DNA from: an uncultured Chitinophaga sp.
Lineage (GTDB): Bacteria > Bacteroidota > Bacteroidia > Chitinophagales > Chitinophagaceae
Length of the DNA stretch: 64,000 bases
Assembly (NCBI GenBank): GCA_965653365.1
Contig: CBFGZV010000021.1
Location: 10,728 to 74,727 of the forward strand
Direction of reading: 5' to 3'
A program made the translations under genes and the position numbers. The notes beneath the pieces were generated by a model that searched no databases, was not told where the DNA came from, and saw only the letters and a program-made list of their open reading frames with translations. Shown piece after piece: positions 1 through 10,581 of this stretch (the stretch's first letter is position 1; every line of letters begins with the position of its first letter).

Positions 1-80
1 GATTCTTCCAAACGCTTTTTGGTTATAGCACCCAGGTTATAATCATCCTCCACTAGTAATATTCTAGCCTTCGTATCCAT
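1..80 (-). CDS. response regulator receiver domain protein; only the N-terminal 26 codons are visible because the gene runs off the left edge
   Basis: The reverse strand from the ATG at 80..78 reads MDTKARILLVEDDYNLGAITKKRLEE, a canonical CheY-like receiver N-terminus. It is absent from the ORF track because it is truncated. Local composition is AT-rich compared with the core. Confidence 0.5.
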   Translation of the reverse strand, partial: MDTKARILLVEDDYNLGAITKKRLEE

Positions 81-244
81 CTACGAAAAAATTAGGGGTG
101 ATAAAAGGTATAAAAATCCATTAATGTAACAATTGTATTTGCGCTTTTTTGGTTCAAGCAAGCGGTTCAGCCATATTTTAGTTCAAAATAAGTACATTTT
201 CTCAATTAACAAACAGCCGCCCGCTTCTATTTGTTCAAATGCGG

Positions 245-808
245 CTAAGGCTTGCAAACCCGCTCGGGGTGTTGCTGGAGAAATTTTTCCCATCCTTTTG
301 ACTTACCGGCGCCCGCCAGCGGATTGCTTTCCTGGAAATGATGACATACGGCCACGGCCAGGGCGTCGGTGGCGTCGAGGTACTCGGGTTGCTCGTCGAA
401 CCGGAGGATGCGCTGGAGCATTTGCCAGACCTGCTCTTTATTGGCATTACCGTTCCCGGTAATGGACTGTTTTACTTTTTTGGGGGAGTATTCCGCCACG
501 GCCACCCCGGCCTGCATGGCGGTAGCGATGGCCACCCCCTGTGCGCGCCCGAGTTTCAGCATACTCTGCACGTTTTTACCGAAAAAGGGGGCCTCGATGG
601 CGCAGCACACGGGCTTGTGCTGGCGGATCAGCTCGTTCATGCGGTGGTGGATGAGCTGAAGCCGTTCATAGTGGTCCTTCTTGGGATTCATCTTCAGTAC
701 GTCCATTTCGATAATGGCAGCCTGCCGGCCGGTAACGGCGATCAGTCCGTACCCCATAATGATCGTTCCCGGGTCGATGCCGAGAATTATTTTTGTATTG
801 TTTGCCAA
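245..808 (-). CDS. ruvC: crossover junction endodeoxyribonuclease RuvC
   Basis: Motifs ILGIDPGT, AIEAPFFGKN and DATDALAVAVCH. The track ORF extends to 868 (TTG), but the TTG at 808 gives a typical ~187-aa RuvC. Start uncertain. Confidence 0.9.
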   Translation of the reverse strand: MANNTKIILGIDPGTIIMGYGLIAVTGRQAAIIEMDVLKMNPKKDHYERLQLIHHRMNELIRQHKPVCCAIEAPFFGKNVQSMLKLGRAQGVAIATAMQAGVAVAEYSPKKVKQSITGNGNANKEQVWQMLQRILRFDEQPEYLDATDALAVAVCHHFQESNPLAGAGKSKGWEKFLQQHPERVCKP

Positions 809-821
809 GCGGAGACTATTT

Positions 822-1832
822 TTGCCAAAATCTGAACAACTGAACAAAAGTACCAAAATAATCCTCAATTATGTGCTGGGCGGCGCCCTGTGTGTGTGGT
901 TAACCTTCGCTATCTACCAACAGATCTTACATCAGCAAAACCTTCCCGCGGCCTGGACGCATATGCGCACCACGGTCATGGAAAAGGGCTGGCTGCTGAT
1001 GCTGCTGGTGGTGGTGATGATGTTCCTGAACTGGGGGCTGGAAGCCCGGAAATGGCAGCTGCTCGTGCAGCCGCTCGAAGAAGTGCCCTTCCGGCGGGCC
1101 TTCGGGGCCATTCTCAGCGGCGTGTCGCTCTCGGTGAACACCCCCAACCGCATCGGGGAATACGGCGGCCGCATCCTTTACCTGCGCAACAAAAACAAAC
1201 TCAAAGCCATCGCCGCCACCATCGTAGGCAGCTTTTCCCAGCTGATCATCACCATCGTTTTTGGCCTGATCGGCTTTATTTACTATATTAATCAGTACGA
1301 AATGACCCGCGGGGGCAATTTCGACCCGGCCGTCAGGGAGAAATTATTGTTAGCTTTTCTGCTGGTTATTTGCACCCTCGTTTTTATACTTTACTTTCGG
1401 TTGCAGATCATTGTAACCCTGTTTGAAAAAATACCCTGGCTGCGCAAGGTCAAAGTGTTTATCCAGATCATTGCCCGTTATTCCCCCACGGAACTGAGGA
1501 AACTGCTGCTCCTCAGCGCCCTGCGGTATACGGTGTTCTCGGCACAATATTTGATTTTATTATATGCGTTGGGCGTTTCTTTTGTGTGGTGGCAGGGGTT
1601 TTTTATGATCAACGTGATTTACCTCGTGATGGCTGTGCTGCCCACCATCGCTATTGCTGAAATTGGGCTTCGCGGCAGTGTTAGCATGCATTTCCTGGGC
1701 CTGCTGAGTACAAATGCAGCGGGCATTCTGGCGGCCACAGTGGCCATTTGGCTGATCAACCTCGTGTTGCCGGCCGTGATGGGCAGCCTGTTGCTGCTGG
1801 GCGTAAAAATATTCAAGACAAATAGCGATTGA
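822..1832 (+). CDS. multi-pass membrane protein, lysylphosphatidylglycerol-synthase-TM / flippase-like family
   Basis: About 8 hydrophobic helices with an NTPNRIGEYGGR-type loop typical of this family (from memory). The track ORF starts at 681 inside ruvC; the in-frame TTG at 822 was chosen as start and is uncertain. Confidence 0.6.
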   Translation: MPKSEQLNKSTKIILNYVLGGALCVWLTFAIYQQILHQQNLPAAWTHMRTTVMEKGWLLMLLVVVMMFLNWGLEARKWQLLVQPLEEVPFRRAFGAILSGVSLSVNTPNRIGEYGGRILYLRNKNKLKAIAATIVGSFSQLIITIVFGLIGFIYYINQYEMTRGGNFDPAVREKLLLAFLLVICTLVFILYFRLQIIVTLFEKIPWLRKVKVFIQIIARYSPTELRKLLLLSALRYTVFSAQYLILLYALGVSFVWWQGFFMINVIYLVMAVLPTIAIAEIGLRGSVSMHFLGLLSTNAAGILAATVAIWLINLVLPAVMGSLLLLGVKIFKTNSD

Positions 1833-1835
1833 TCG

Positions 1836-2627
1836 ATGAAGTATTTTCTGATGTTATTTTGCGGGTTAACCATTGCAGGAGGATCATTTGCCCAAAGCGA
1901 CTTTTGCGGCATCACCAATACGAGTTTCAACGCGGGGGAATCATTGACCCTGAAAGTATTCTATAACCTCGGCAGCATGTTCGTCGGCGCCGGCGAAGCC
2001 ACCTTCAACTGTAAGCTGGAAAAATACAGCGGGAAAGACGCCTACCACGTTATCGGGGAAGGACGCACTTACCGTACGTACGACTGGTTCTTCAAAGTGC
2101 GCGATAAATACGAAAGTTACATCGACACCGCTACCATGCTTCCCATCCGGTTTATCCGCAACGTCAACGAAGGCGGCTATAAAATCTACAATAACGTGGG
2201 CTTCAACCGCGAAACCGGCCAGGCTACCAGCACCAACGGCACCTTCAAAGTGCCCAACTGTATCCAGGACGTGATCAGCGCCATCTATTACGCCCGCAAC
2301 ATCGACTTTTCCAAGCATAAACCCGGGGATAAAATCCCCTTTTCGATGTTCCTCGACGACGAAGTGTACGAAATCTATATCCGCTACGTAGGGAAGGAAA
2401 ATGTAGATACCCGTTACGGCACCTTCCGCGCCATCAAATTCAAGCCCCTCCTGATTAAAGGCACCATCTTCCAGGGCGGGGAACAGATGACCGTTTGGGT
2501 GAGCGACGACGGGAACAAGATACCCCTGCGGATAGACAGCCCCATTTCTGTTGGCAGCATAAAAGTGGACATGATCAACTATGCCAATCTCCGGCATCCC
2601 CTCAGCTCCCTGGTGAAAAAAAGATAG
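1836..2627 (+). CDS. DUF3108 domain-containing secreted protein
   Basis: Signal peptide MKYFLMLFCGLTIAGGSFAQ. The beta-rich body with the YRTYDWFFKVRDKYESYID segment is as in DUF3108 proteins of Bacteroidota. Confidence 0.65.
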   Translation: MKYFLMLFCGLTIAGGSFAQSDFCGITNTSFNAGESLTLKVFYNLGSMFVGAGEATFNCKLEKYSGKDAYHVIGEGRTYRTYDWFFKVRDKYESYIDTATMLPIRFIRNVNEGGYKIYNNVGFNRETGQATSTNGTFKVPNCIQDVISAIYYARNIDFSKHKPGDKIPFSMFLDDEVYEIYIRYVGKENVDTRYGTFRAIKFKPLLIKGTIFQGGEQMTVWVSDDGNKIPLRIDSPISVGSIKVDMINYANLRHPLSSLVKKR

Positions 2628-2660
2628 TTATATTTGTTACAGTTTAAAAAATAACTGGAT

Positions 2661-3365
2661 ATGGAAGAACGTAAACCTAAGATATTGCTGGCAGAAGACG
2701 ACACCAACCTGGGTATGGTGCTGAAGAATTACCTGGAGCTGAATGATTATGATGTGGAGCTCTGCCGGGACGGCATTCTGGCGCTGGCCGCCTTCCGCCG
2801 CGACAAGTTCGACATCTGCCTGCTCGACATCATGATGCCCAATATGGACGGTTTCAAACTGGCCGAGGAGATCCGCGATGTGGATCCCGACATCCCGCTC
2901 TTTTTCCTGTCTGCCAAAACCATGAAGGAAGATATCATCCAGGGCTATAAACTGGGCGCCGACGATTATATCTCCAAACCGTTCGACAGCGAGCTGCTGC
3001 TGCTCAAAATCAAAGCCATCCTGAAACGCAACCAGGAGCTGAACAGCAAGGAAGAGGAACAGTTCGAGTTCAAGATAGGGCAATATGCCTTCAATTCCCG
3101 CCTGCGCACCCTCACCAAAGGCGGCGAATCCACGCATACACTGTCTCCCAAAGAAAACGAGCTGCTGCACATGCTTTGCGAGCATAAAAACGACCTGCTG
3201 CCAAGGGAAGTGGCCCTGAAAAAGATCTGGGGCAGCGATACCTACTTCAACGGCCGCAGCATGGACGTATATATCGCCAAGCTGCGCAAATACCTGAAAG
3301 ACGATCAGAATATCGAGATCGTGAACATTCACGGGAACGGCTTCCGGCTGGTGGTAAAAGACTGA
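2661..3365 (+). CDS. OmpR/PhoB-family response regulator transcription factor
   Basis: Receiver motifs KILLAEDD and LLDIMMPNMDG, plus KP. C-terminal winged helix LSPKENELLHMLC...GFRL. Confidence 0.9.
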   Translation: MEERKPKILLAEDDTNLGMVLKNYLELNDYDVELCRDGILALAAFRRDKFDICLLDIMMPNMDGFKLAEEIRDVDPDIPLFFLSAKTMKEDIIQGYKLGADDYISKPFDSELLLLKIKAILKRNQELNSKEEEQFEFKIGQYAFNSRLRTLTKGGESTHTLSPKENELLHMLCEHKNDLLPREVALKKIWGSDTYFNGRSMDVYIAKLRKYLKDDQNIEIVNIHGNGFRLVVKD

Positions 3366-3382
3366 TCTTTACAACCTGACAT

Positions 3383-3423
3383 AAAAAGAGCGTGCCACTG
3401 TTAAGCGGCACGCTCTTTTTTTA
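3383..3423. terminator. bidirectional intrinsic terminator between convergent genes
   Basis: 10-bp stem agagcgtgcc/ggcacgctct flanked by an A-run on the left and a T-run on the right. Confidence 0.7.
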
Positions 3424-3438
3424 TACCGGTAACGAAGG

Positions 3439-4467
3439 TCAGAATAACAGCTGGCCCCCGCCTTTGTTCGGGGTTTTGCCAAGGTGCAGGTACGCCTTTT
3501 CGGTCACCTCGCGGCCGCGGGGCGTACGCTTGATGAAACCTTCCTGGATGAGGAAAGGCTCGTACACCTCTTCGAGCGTGCCCGGCTCTTCGCCCACGGC
3601 GGTGGCAATGGTGGTGATGCCCACGGGGCCGCCCTTGAAGTTTTCGATGATCACATTGAGGATGCGGTTGTCCATTTCGTCGAGGCCGTATTCGTCCACG
3701 CTCAGGGCGCGGAGGCTATGCTGCGCAATGCCCATGTCGATCACGCCGTTGCCGATCACCTGCGCAAAATCGCGCACGCGCCGCAGCAGGCCATTGGCGA
3801 TACGCGGCGTTCCGCGCGAGCGGCGCGCTATTTCCATGGCTGCATCCGACGTGATTTTGGTGCCCAGCAGCCCGGCTGCCCGCCAGAGTATTTTCTGCAA
3901 GGTGGCCGCACTGTAGTATTCCAGCCGCGATTTGATGCCGAAGCGGCTCAGCAGGGGGGCGGTGAGCAACCCGGAACGCGTGGTGGCGCCAATCAGGGTG
4001 AAAGGGTGCAGGTTGATCTGCACCGAACGCGCGCTGGGTCCCGAATCGATCATGATGTCGATGCGGTAGTCTTCCATCGCGGAGTACAGGTATTCTTCCA
4101 CGACGGTGCTGAGGCGGTGGATCTCATCCACGAACAGCACGTCTTTTTCTTCGAGGTTGGTGAGCAAACCCGCCAGGTCGCCGGGCTTTTCGATCACGGG
4201 CCCGGAAGTTTCGCGGATATTAACACCCAGTTCGTTGGCGACGATGCGGGACAGGGTGGTTTTCCCCAGGCCGGGAGGGCCATGGAAAAGAATATGATCG
4301 AGGGCCTCGCCGCGCTGCTTGGCCGCCTGGATAAATATCTTGAGGTTTTCGATGATCTGCTCCTGCCCCGAGAAATCCATGATTTCCTTCGGCCGGATGC
4401 TGTTCTCAAACTCCTTCTCTGCGGCGCTCAGCCGGTTCTCATCTGGTCTTATATTAGAATTGGACAT
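3439..4467 (-). CDS. ruvB: Holliday junction branch migration DNA helicase RuvB
   Basis: Walker [11 protein letters not shown], Walker [10 protein letters not shown], and [16 protein letters not shown]. The ATG at 4467 (MSNSNIRP) is preferred over the track TTG at 4506. Confidence 0.95.
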   Translation of the reverse strand: MSNSNIRPDENRLSAAEKEFENSIRPKEIMDFSGQEQIIENLKIFIQAAKQRGEALDHILFHGPPGLGKTTLSRIVANELGVNIRETSGPVIEKPGDLAGLLTNLEEKDVLFVDEIHRLSTVVEEYLYSAMEDYRIDIMIDSGPSARSVQINLHPFTLIGATTRSGLLTAPLLSRFGIKSRLEYYSAATLQKILWRAAGLLGTKITSDAAMEIARRSRGTPRIANGLLRRVRDFAQVIGNGVIDMGIAQHSLRALSVDEYGLDEMDNRILNVIIENFKGGPVGITTIATAVGEEPGTLEEVYEPFLIQEGFIKRTPRGREVTEKAYLHLGKTPNKGGGQLLF

Positions 4468-4518
4468 GGGATCTCTTTCAACGTCAAATGTATTATTTTT
4501 AACCAAATCTTTGACTAT

Positions 4519-5499
4519 ATGAAATTATACTTATCCGGCCTGTGTTGTGCATTGCTGCTGATTTGCGGGCCGGCAGGCGCCCAGCGCATCAGTAAAGCGG
4601 AAGTGAGCCGCATCATTGCTGCGCTGGCGGCAGACAGCATGCAGGGGCGCGCCACCTATTCGCCCGGTATTGAAATGGCTTCGCTGTTCATTGAAGATGA
4701 GTTTAAGAAAGCAGGATTAGAGCCGCTGCCCGGCCTCACCGGTTACCGTCAGGCTTTCGCTACAGTAGGCCGCCGCATCCGCCCGGTAGATTCGGTGACG
4801 GCGGAAGAAAATCCCCGTTACCTGCACAACGTGGTGGGCATGATACACGGTACCGGCCAGCCGGAGGAATATGTGATCTTTTCCGGCCACTACGATCATA
4901 TCGGCATCCAGAAAGCGGAGGCGGAAGACAGTATCGCCAACGGCGCGGACGATGATGCTTCCGGTATTACGGCCGTCATCCTGCTGGCTAACTATTTCAA
5001 ACAGCATCCTCCCGTCAGGAGCGTCATCTTTGCCGCATTCACCGCGGAAGAGATCGGCGGCTTCGGCTCACGTTATTTCTCCCAGCAGCTGGCCCCCGAA
5101 AAAATCGTGGCCATGTTCAATGTCGAAATGATCGGGAAAGAATCGAAGTTCGGCCGCAACAGCGCCTTCATCACGGGTTTCGAACGGTCTGATTTCGGCA
5201 CCATCCTGCAAAAGAACCTCGAATCTTCCACCTTCCGCTTTCATCCGGATCCCTACCCGGAGCAGCGGCTGTTTTATCGCTCAGACAACGCTACCCTGGC
5301 CCATCTGGGTGTGCCGGCACATACCATTTCCACCACGCAGATCGATAAAGACACCCTTTATCATTCCGTAAACGATGAGGTGGAAAGCTTGGATATGCAG
5401 AACATCGCTGATATTATCGAAGCCATCGCCGTGAGTGCGAAAAGCATCGTTGGCGGTATAGATGCGCCCACGCGTATTGCGAAGGAAGAAAAGCAATAA
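4519..5499 (+). CDS. M28 family metallopeptidase, secreted
   Basis: Signal peptide [22 protein letters not shown]. Metal ligand motifs [14 protein letters not shown] and [11 protein letters not shown]. The track ORF 3484..5499 is a chimera whose first 345 codons are antisense to ruvB. Confidence 0.85.
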   Translation: MKLYLSGLCCALLLICGPAGAQRISKAEVSRIIAALAADSMQGRATYSPGIEMASLFIEDEFKKAGLEPLPGLTGYRQAFATVGRRIRPVDSVTAEENPRYLHNVVGMIHGTGQPEEYVIFSGHYDHIGIQKAEAEDSIANGADDDASGITAVILLANYFKQHPPVRSVIFAAFTAEEIGGFGSRYFSQQLAPEKIVAMFNVEMIGKESKFGRNSAFITGFERSDFGTILQKNLESSTFRFHPDPYPEQRLFYRSDNATLAHLGVPAHTISTTQIDKDTLYHSVNDEVESLDMQNIADIIEAIAVSAKSIVGGIDAPTRIAKEEKQ

Positions 5500-5523
5500 C
5501 ATATAACCGGCGCCCCGGCCATC

Positions 5524-5575
5524 ATCAAGAAAAAAGCGGCTGCTCCCATGAGGATGCAGCCGCTTTTTTCTTGAT
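5524..5575. terminator. bidirectional intrinsic terminator
   Basis: Perfect 20-nt inverted repeat atcaagaaaaaagcggctgc / gcagccgcttttttcttgat between convergent genes. Confidence 0.75.
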
Positions 5576-5583
5576 GCAAATGC

Positions 5584-6450
5584 TTACGGGAAGCGCAGTT
5601 CCGCCACCAGTGAAAAGTGGTCGGACGCAAACAGCCCTTTCCAGGTTTGGGTGATGGTGGCATGTTTGTTCACGCCCCAGTTCCCTTTCAGGAAAATATA
5701 ATCGATGGGCTCGGTACCTGTTTCGTGAGGGCCGAAGCTGTTGAAAGTGCTGGTAGGCCCGTAATGCGGCGTTTTGCTGATGGCCTTTGCGTCTGTAAAA
5801 TGCATCGGGTCCTGCGGGTTCAGGATGACCTGGATGGGTTCGTCTTTCGGCCTGGCGTTGAAGTCGCCGGTAATCACCACGGGCAGTTTGCCGGCAATTT
5901 CCTGCACCTTTTTCAACAGCAGCCTGGCGCTTTCGCGGCGGGCCACTTTACCGATGTGATCGAAGTGGGTATTGAAATGATAGAATTCTTTTTTGGTTTT
6001 GTTGTCGCGGAAGCGGCCGTAAGTGACGATGCGGCAGATGGCTGCATCCCAACCTTTGCTGCCCGCGGTTTCAGGGGTCTCTGACAGCCAGAAAGTCCGC
6101 TGGTCGAGCAAAGTGAGGCGGGAAGCATCGTAGAAAATGGCGGAAAATTCTCCCTTCTTGTCTCCATCGTCGCGGCCCACGCCGATGAATTTATAACCGG
6201 GCAGCGCTTTAGACAGGTCTTCCACCTGGTCCCAGAGGGCTTCCTGTACACCCAGCAGCTGCGGCTCGTGGAAGAGCACCTGCGAGGCCACCTTGTCTTT
6301 CCGGTTGGGCCACGCATTCACGCTGTCTTTCGGCGTGTTGTAGCGGATATTGAATGTCATTACCGTCAGGGTTTTCTCCTGGGCGAAAGTGCTTAGTGCG
6401 CTTATGAGGCAAAGCAGCAGGGCAGACGCGGTCTTTTTCATAGTTGCCAA
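5584..6450 (-). CDS. endonuclease/exonuclease/phosphatase (EEP) family protein, secreted
   Basis: Signal peptide, then TFNIRY, GDFN and SDHFS motifs of the EEP fold. Confidence 0.85.
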   Translation of the reverse strand: MATMKKTASALLLCLISALSTFAQEKTLTVMTFNIRYNTPKDSVNAWPNRKDKVASQVLFHEPQLLGVQEALWDQVEDLSKALPGYKFIGVGRDDGDKKGEFSAIFYDASRLTLLDQRTFWLSETPETAGSKGWDAAICRIVTYGRFRDNKTKKEFYHFNTHFDHIGKVARRESARLLLKKVQEIAGKLPVVITGDFNARPKDEPIQVILNPQDPMHFTDAKAISKTPHYGPTSTFNSFGPHETGTEPIDYIFLKGNWGVNKHATITQTWKGLFASDHFSLVAELRFP

Positions 6451-6503
6451 GATAAAAATTTTTTTTCTGCGGGTATAGCGGGTTTACGGAAATTTAACGG
6501 CAT

Positions 6504-6533
6504 AAAAAAGGGCGCACAATGTTGCGCGCCCTT
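6504..6533 (-). terminator. intrinsic terminator after the S41 peptidase gene
   Basis: Stem aagggcgc/gcgccctt, followed on the minus strand by a T-run (the plus-strand A-run 6504-6510). Confidence 0.6.
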
Positions 6534-6550
6534 GCCCTGTACGGCCTATC

Positions 6551-9500
6551 TTATTTCAGTTCTTTCATGATTTCCTGCACGGCTCTTTCCAGCTGGGGGT
6601 CCTTGTCTTCGAGGCGGTCGGTGAACGTGGTTTTCACGTAAATGTCGGGCGCCACGCCTTCTTTCTCAAGGTTCTTCCCGTCGAGCGTATAACAGCCCCA
6701 GGAAGGCAGGCGGTAGAAAGACCCGTCTACCAGCCCTTTCCCGGATGTAAAAATGATCCAGCGGTAGGTTTCCGTGCCGATGATTTTGCCCAGCTTCAGG
6801 GCTTTAAAACCGGCGGCGGTCATTTCCGCGTCGCTGAGCGACTGTTCATTGATCAGCAGCACAATGGGCTTGCCGGCCGGTGCGAAGTTCGGCTGCGGCG
6901 ACAGTTTGCCGCCACGGTACTGCCATTGCAGGTAGGGGCGCTGTGACAGAAAGCGCAGCACATCGTCGTGCACGTTGCCGCCGGTGTTGTAACGGAGGTC
7001 GAGGATGAGCGCGTCTTTCTGCGCTATTTTTCCGGTCATGTCGATCAGGAATTTATCCAGCTCGCCGGTGCCCATATTTTTCATGCAGGTGTAAGCAATG
7101 CGGTTGTTGCCCAGCTGGTCCACTTTCTTCTCGTTATTGTAAATCCAGTCATCGTACAGCTGGTCGCCCAGCTCGCCCACGCTTTGCGGGTGCAGCCTTA
7201 CGTCGAACGGCTTGCCGCCGCGCTCGAAAGTGAGGGTGATTTCCCGCTCAAACGCAGGGCGCGTAAAATACTGATCGCGGCAGGCGGCTTTGTTCACGGT
7301 TTCGCCGTTCACTTTCAGGAGCACGTCGCCGGGTTTTACATCCACGCCGGATTTGTCGGCGTTGCTGTTGGGCACGATGCTTTCCACCGTGTATGGCTTT
7401 TGCTGGTTGAACAGGATGCCTGTTTCCATGGTGCGGTAGCTGAGCGCAATTTTTTCGTCTTCCCCGCCGGTGTTGAAGCCGAGGTGGGATGAGTTCAGCT
7501 CGCCGAGCATGTCGTTGAGCAGCACGCGCAGGTCGCCGCGGTTGTTGAAGTATGGCAGGTAGCGGGCATAATCGCTGCGTACCTTGTTCCAGTTGGTGCC
7601 ATGGAACTCCGCGTTGTAAAAGTTCTCTTCCACGTTGGCCCAGGTTTCATCGAAGATCTGGTCGAACTCCTGGCGCAGGTTGCGGTAGAAGGGGGTGCTG
7701 ATGTTGATGCCTTCGATTTTGTTGGCGTCGGGGTTCAGCTTCTGGATGTTACCGCCGGTTAGCATGTAAAACTTGCCGTCTGCTTCCACGATGTTGCTGC
7801 CGCCGCCGCTTTCCGTACCGGCGATTTTATCCGTTTTGGAAGCTTCGAAGGGTTCCGACACGGTTTTCCAGATACCAGGCTTGCCATCGTGGTTGGAAGC
7901 ATAATACACGGTGGTTTTTTCGCCCTTTTTATGGATGAAGATAGGACCGTATTGCGAGCCGAAATCCGGACTTACTAGTTCGATCCGCTTCATGATGCGG
8001 GCCGTGTTGATGTCGATGGAAGTTGGCGCCGGCGCGGCTTTGGAGGTGTCTTTCTTGTCTTCTTTTTTAAACAGCTCGTCGAACTTGTCTGCGCGGAAGG
8101 GCGCGTCGAATTTGTCGAGCGCGATGCGGTAAATCCGCGGGTTATTGAGGCCGAAAGGATAGGCTGGCTTGGTGCGGGACGAAGTGAAATAGATATACTT
8201 TCCGTCGGGCGACCAATACGGGTTCGTTTCCGTGATACCGGTGTTGGTGAGGTTGACGGTGGTGTTTTTTTTCAGGTTGTGCACCATGATGTCTTGCTCG
8301 AAATTGCGGAACGCGGTGAACGCCACGTATTCGTCGTTCGGGGAAAAGCGCGGGTCGGCATTCTGGAAGGCCCAGAGCTCGTCTTTTGCGATGGTGCGCG
8401 AGTCCAGCGTTTTCAGATCCAGCACCCGCACTTCGTCGCGGCCGCTGAGATACACCGCCATGGTGCGGGTTTTATTCATGTTGATGTCGCGGTTGCTTCT
8501 CTTGTCTTTGGTCAGTTCTTTAGGCGTGCCTTTACCGTCTGCCGGTACGGTATAGAGGTTCTGGTAGCCGTTCAACGTCTGGTTGAAGAGCAGGGTGCGG
8601 TTATCGGCCATCCATAGCACCTCCAGGGCTCGCTCCGCGGGGCGGGGGATTTGCCGTATGAACTTCCCTTCAATATCCGATACGAAAATTTCGCCGCGGG
8701 AAATAAAGGCCAGCTTCTTCCCGTCGGGCGACACGTCGAAATTGGAGATTTTGTCTTTCACGTCAAACCCTTGTTCCTTGGGCAATACAGGGTTCCTGTA
8801 TATTTTAACGGGCAGCTTTTCGGATTTGCCGGAAGCCACATCGTACAGCCACACCTGGTAGTCTTTTTCGAATACTACCTTCCCCCCGTCAGCATTGGCA
8901 AACGGGCGTTTGATGGATGTGGAGAAGCTGGTGAGCGCTTTTTTCTGCCCGTTAGTGAAGGTATAAAGATTGTATTCGCCATTCGCTTCGTCGGACGCGA
9001 AAAAGATGGTGCCTTTTTTATCGATGGTGGCCCAGAAGTCTTTGCCCCGGTAGTCGGTGTACCGCTTATAGGCCTTGGTGGCTGGGATGTACGACTGTAT
9101 ATCGGGGTTGAAGTCGCCTTTGTATCTTTTGCGGTTGGCCTGGAAACTGCTTTCCCAGGTATCGTTGAAAAACAGCTCGCCGCTGGTGGGGTGTTCCACC
9201 ACATTGTGCGTTACGTTGAAGTAGTGATCGAACACGCGCACCGGGGTGCCGCCGTCTATATGGAGCTTGTAGCTGGCGGCATTACCGCCCCGGCTGGAGC
9301 TGAAGTAGACGTGTTTGGCGTCCCAGCTCCAGGATTCGAGCTGGTCGCCCGATTCGTGCATGGTGAGCTGCCGCACCTCGCCGCCCTGCAGCGGCATCAG
9401 GAAAATGTCCGCATTCCCGTATTGGTAGGCGGTAAATGCCACCCATTTCCCGTCGGGCGAAATTTTAGGGAGTATTTCGTTGCCCTGCATGGCCGTGAGG

Positions 9501-9676
9501 CGAACGGCCTGCGGGTTTTGCACATCGGCTTTCCAGAGGTCGCCTTCAAAGCTGAATACCACGGTTCTACCGTCGGGGCTGAGCGTGGGGTAAGTAGTGA
9601 AGTAGGCTTCCGTGCTTTGTGCGTAGACCGGGAGGGATAGTGCGGCTGACAGTAAGCCTGCTAACAATGATCTCAT
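6551..9676 (-). CDS. tricorn-like S41 family peptidase (TolB-like beta-propellers + PDZ + S41 domain)
   Basis: Signal peptide MRSLLAGLLSAALSLPVYAQ from the ATG at 9676. Repeated SPDG(K/R) propeller blades, PDZ GDVLLKVNGE, and S41 motifs DLRYNTGGN and LINEQSLSDAE. Confidence 0.85.
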   Translation of the reverse strand: MRSLLAGLLSAALSLPVYAQSTEAYFTTYPTLSPDGRTVVFSFEGDLWKADVQNPQAVRLTAMQGNEILPKISPDGKWVAFTAYQYGNADIFLMPLQGGEVRQLTMHESGDQLESWSWDAKHVYFSSSRGGNAASYKLHIDGGTPVRVFDHYFNVTHNVVEHPTSGELFFNDTWESSFQANRKRYKGDFNPDIQSYIPATKAYKRYTDYRGKDFWATIDKKGTIFFASDEANGEYNLYTFTNGQKKALTSFSTSIKRPFANADGGKVVFEKDYQVWLYDVASGKSEKLPVKIYRNPVLPKEQGFDVKDKISNFDVSPDGKKLAFISRGEIFVSDIEGKFIRQIPRPAERALEVLWMADNRTLLFNQTLNGYQNLYTVPADGKGTPKELTKDKRSNRDINMNKTRTMAVYLSGRDEVRVLDLKTLDSRTIAKDELWAFQNADPRFSPNDEYVAFTAFRNFEQDIMVHNLKKNTTVNLTNTGITETNPYWSPDGKYIYFTSSRTKPAYPFGLNNPRIYRIALDKFDAPFRADKFDELFKKEDKKDTSKAAPAPTSIDINTARIMKRIELVSPDFGSQYGPIFIHKKGEKTTVYYASNHDGKPGIWKTVSEPFEASKTDKIAGTESGGGSNIVEADGKFYMLTGGNIQKLNPDANKIEGINISTPFYRNLRQEFDQIFDETWANVEENFYNAEFHGTNWNKVRSDYARYLPYFNNRGDLRVLLNDMLGELNSSHLGFNTGGEDEKIALSYRTMETGILFNQQKPYTVESIVPNSNADKSGVDVKPGDVLLKVNGETVNKAACRDQYFTRPAFEREITLTFERGGKPFDVRLHPQSVGELGDQLYDDWIYNNEKKVDQLGNNRIAYTCMKNMGTGELDKFLIDMTGKIAQKDALILDLRYNTGGNVHDDVLRFLSQRPYLQWQYRGGKLSPQPNFAPAGKPIVLLINEQSLSDAEMTAAGFKALKLGKIIGTETYRWIIFTSGKGLVDGSFYRLPSWGCYTLDGKNLEKEGVAPDIYVKTTFTDRLEDKDPQLERAVQEIMKELK

Positions 9677-9854
9677 AAGCTGCAAGATTTTAGTTTTCCA
9701 TGGGAAATTAAGAAGGAAATGGGGTTTGCCGAAACCGCTTGTCATGTATTTTGAGAAAATGGGGTGAAACAGGGGTGGATGTGCTGAAAAGGCCGGGAAC
9801 CTGCCTCGGGGCATGATAAGAAGAAAAGTGACTGCAGTGGCGGCACAGTCGCTC

Positions 9855-10580
9855 TTATCCTCCGAAACTCTTTCCGATCAGCTGAAAAAAACCTTCCCGG
9901 TAGGTGTCGCCCACGGGGATCACGTCCTGCCCGATAAACAGGCGGTTGCGTTCGATGGCATCGATCTTTTCCAGCGACACGAGATAGGATTTGTGCACAC
10001 GGGCAAAGCGTGGCTGGGGCAATATCTCCTCCATTTTTTTCATATGCTGGAGCGTGATGATCTTTTCGGTAGTGGTGTGAATGGCGATGTAATCTTTCAG
10101 GCCTTCCACAAAGCGGAGTTCGGCGAGCATTACTTTCACCATGCGGCTGTCTGTTTTTACGAATATGAAGGCAGGCGCTTCCGAGGCGGGCTTTTCGGGT
10201 ATCAACGCCGACTGCTGCGGCTGCAGGATAGACAACGCTTTCCGGCAGGCTTTGTAAAAACGGTCAAAAGCAATGGGTTTGAGCAGGTAATCGACCACAT
10301 CATGATCGTAACTGTCCAGCGCATATTGCGGATAAGCCGTAGTAAGGATGGTGCGGGCTTTTCCCTGGATGAGTTTCATGAACTGGATGCCGTTGAGCTG
10401 CGGCATCTGGATGTCGAGAAAAACGAGGTCCACCTGCTCGTTTTCCACCAGCGGCAGGGCATCCAGCACGTTATTGAAAGTTTGCACAAATTCAAGGAAC
10501 GGTACTTTCCGGATGTAATCTTCCATCAGGTCGAGCGCGAGCAGCTCATCGTCTATGGCTATGCAGCGTATCTTTTGCAT
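9855..10580 (-). CDS. LytR/AlgR (LytTR) family response regulator
   Basis: Receiver motifs CIAIDDE and FLDIQMPQLNG, with a C-terminal LytTR DNA-binding domain. The gene immediately follows the kinase gene (its start 10580 lies 2 nt from the kinase stop at 10582). Confidence 0.9.
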   Translation of the reverse strand: MQKIRCIAIDDELLALDLMEDYIRKVPFLEFVQTFNNVLDALPLVENEQVDLVFLDIQMPQLNGIQFMKLIQGKARTILTTAYPQYALDSYDHDVVDYLLKPIAFDRFYKACRKALSILQPQQSALIPEKPASEAPAFIFVKTDSRMVKVMLAELRFVEGLKDYIAIHTTTEKIITLQHMKKMEEILPQPRFARVHKSYLVSLEKIDAIERNRLFIGQDVIPVGDTYREGFFQLIGKSFGG

Positions 10581-10581
10581 G

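Noticed and set aside
3484-4518. N-terminal 345 codons of the 671-aa track ORF 3484..5499
   Set aside because: This part is antisense to ruvB. The real M28 peptidase starts with a signal peptide at the ATG at 4519.
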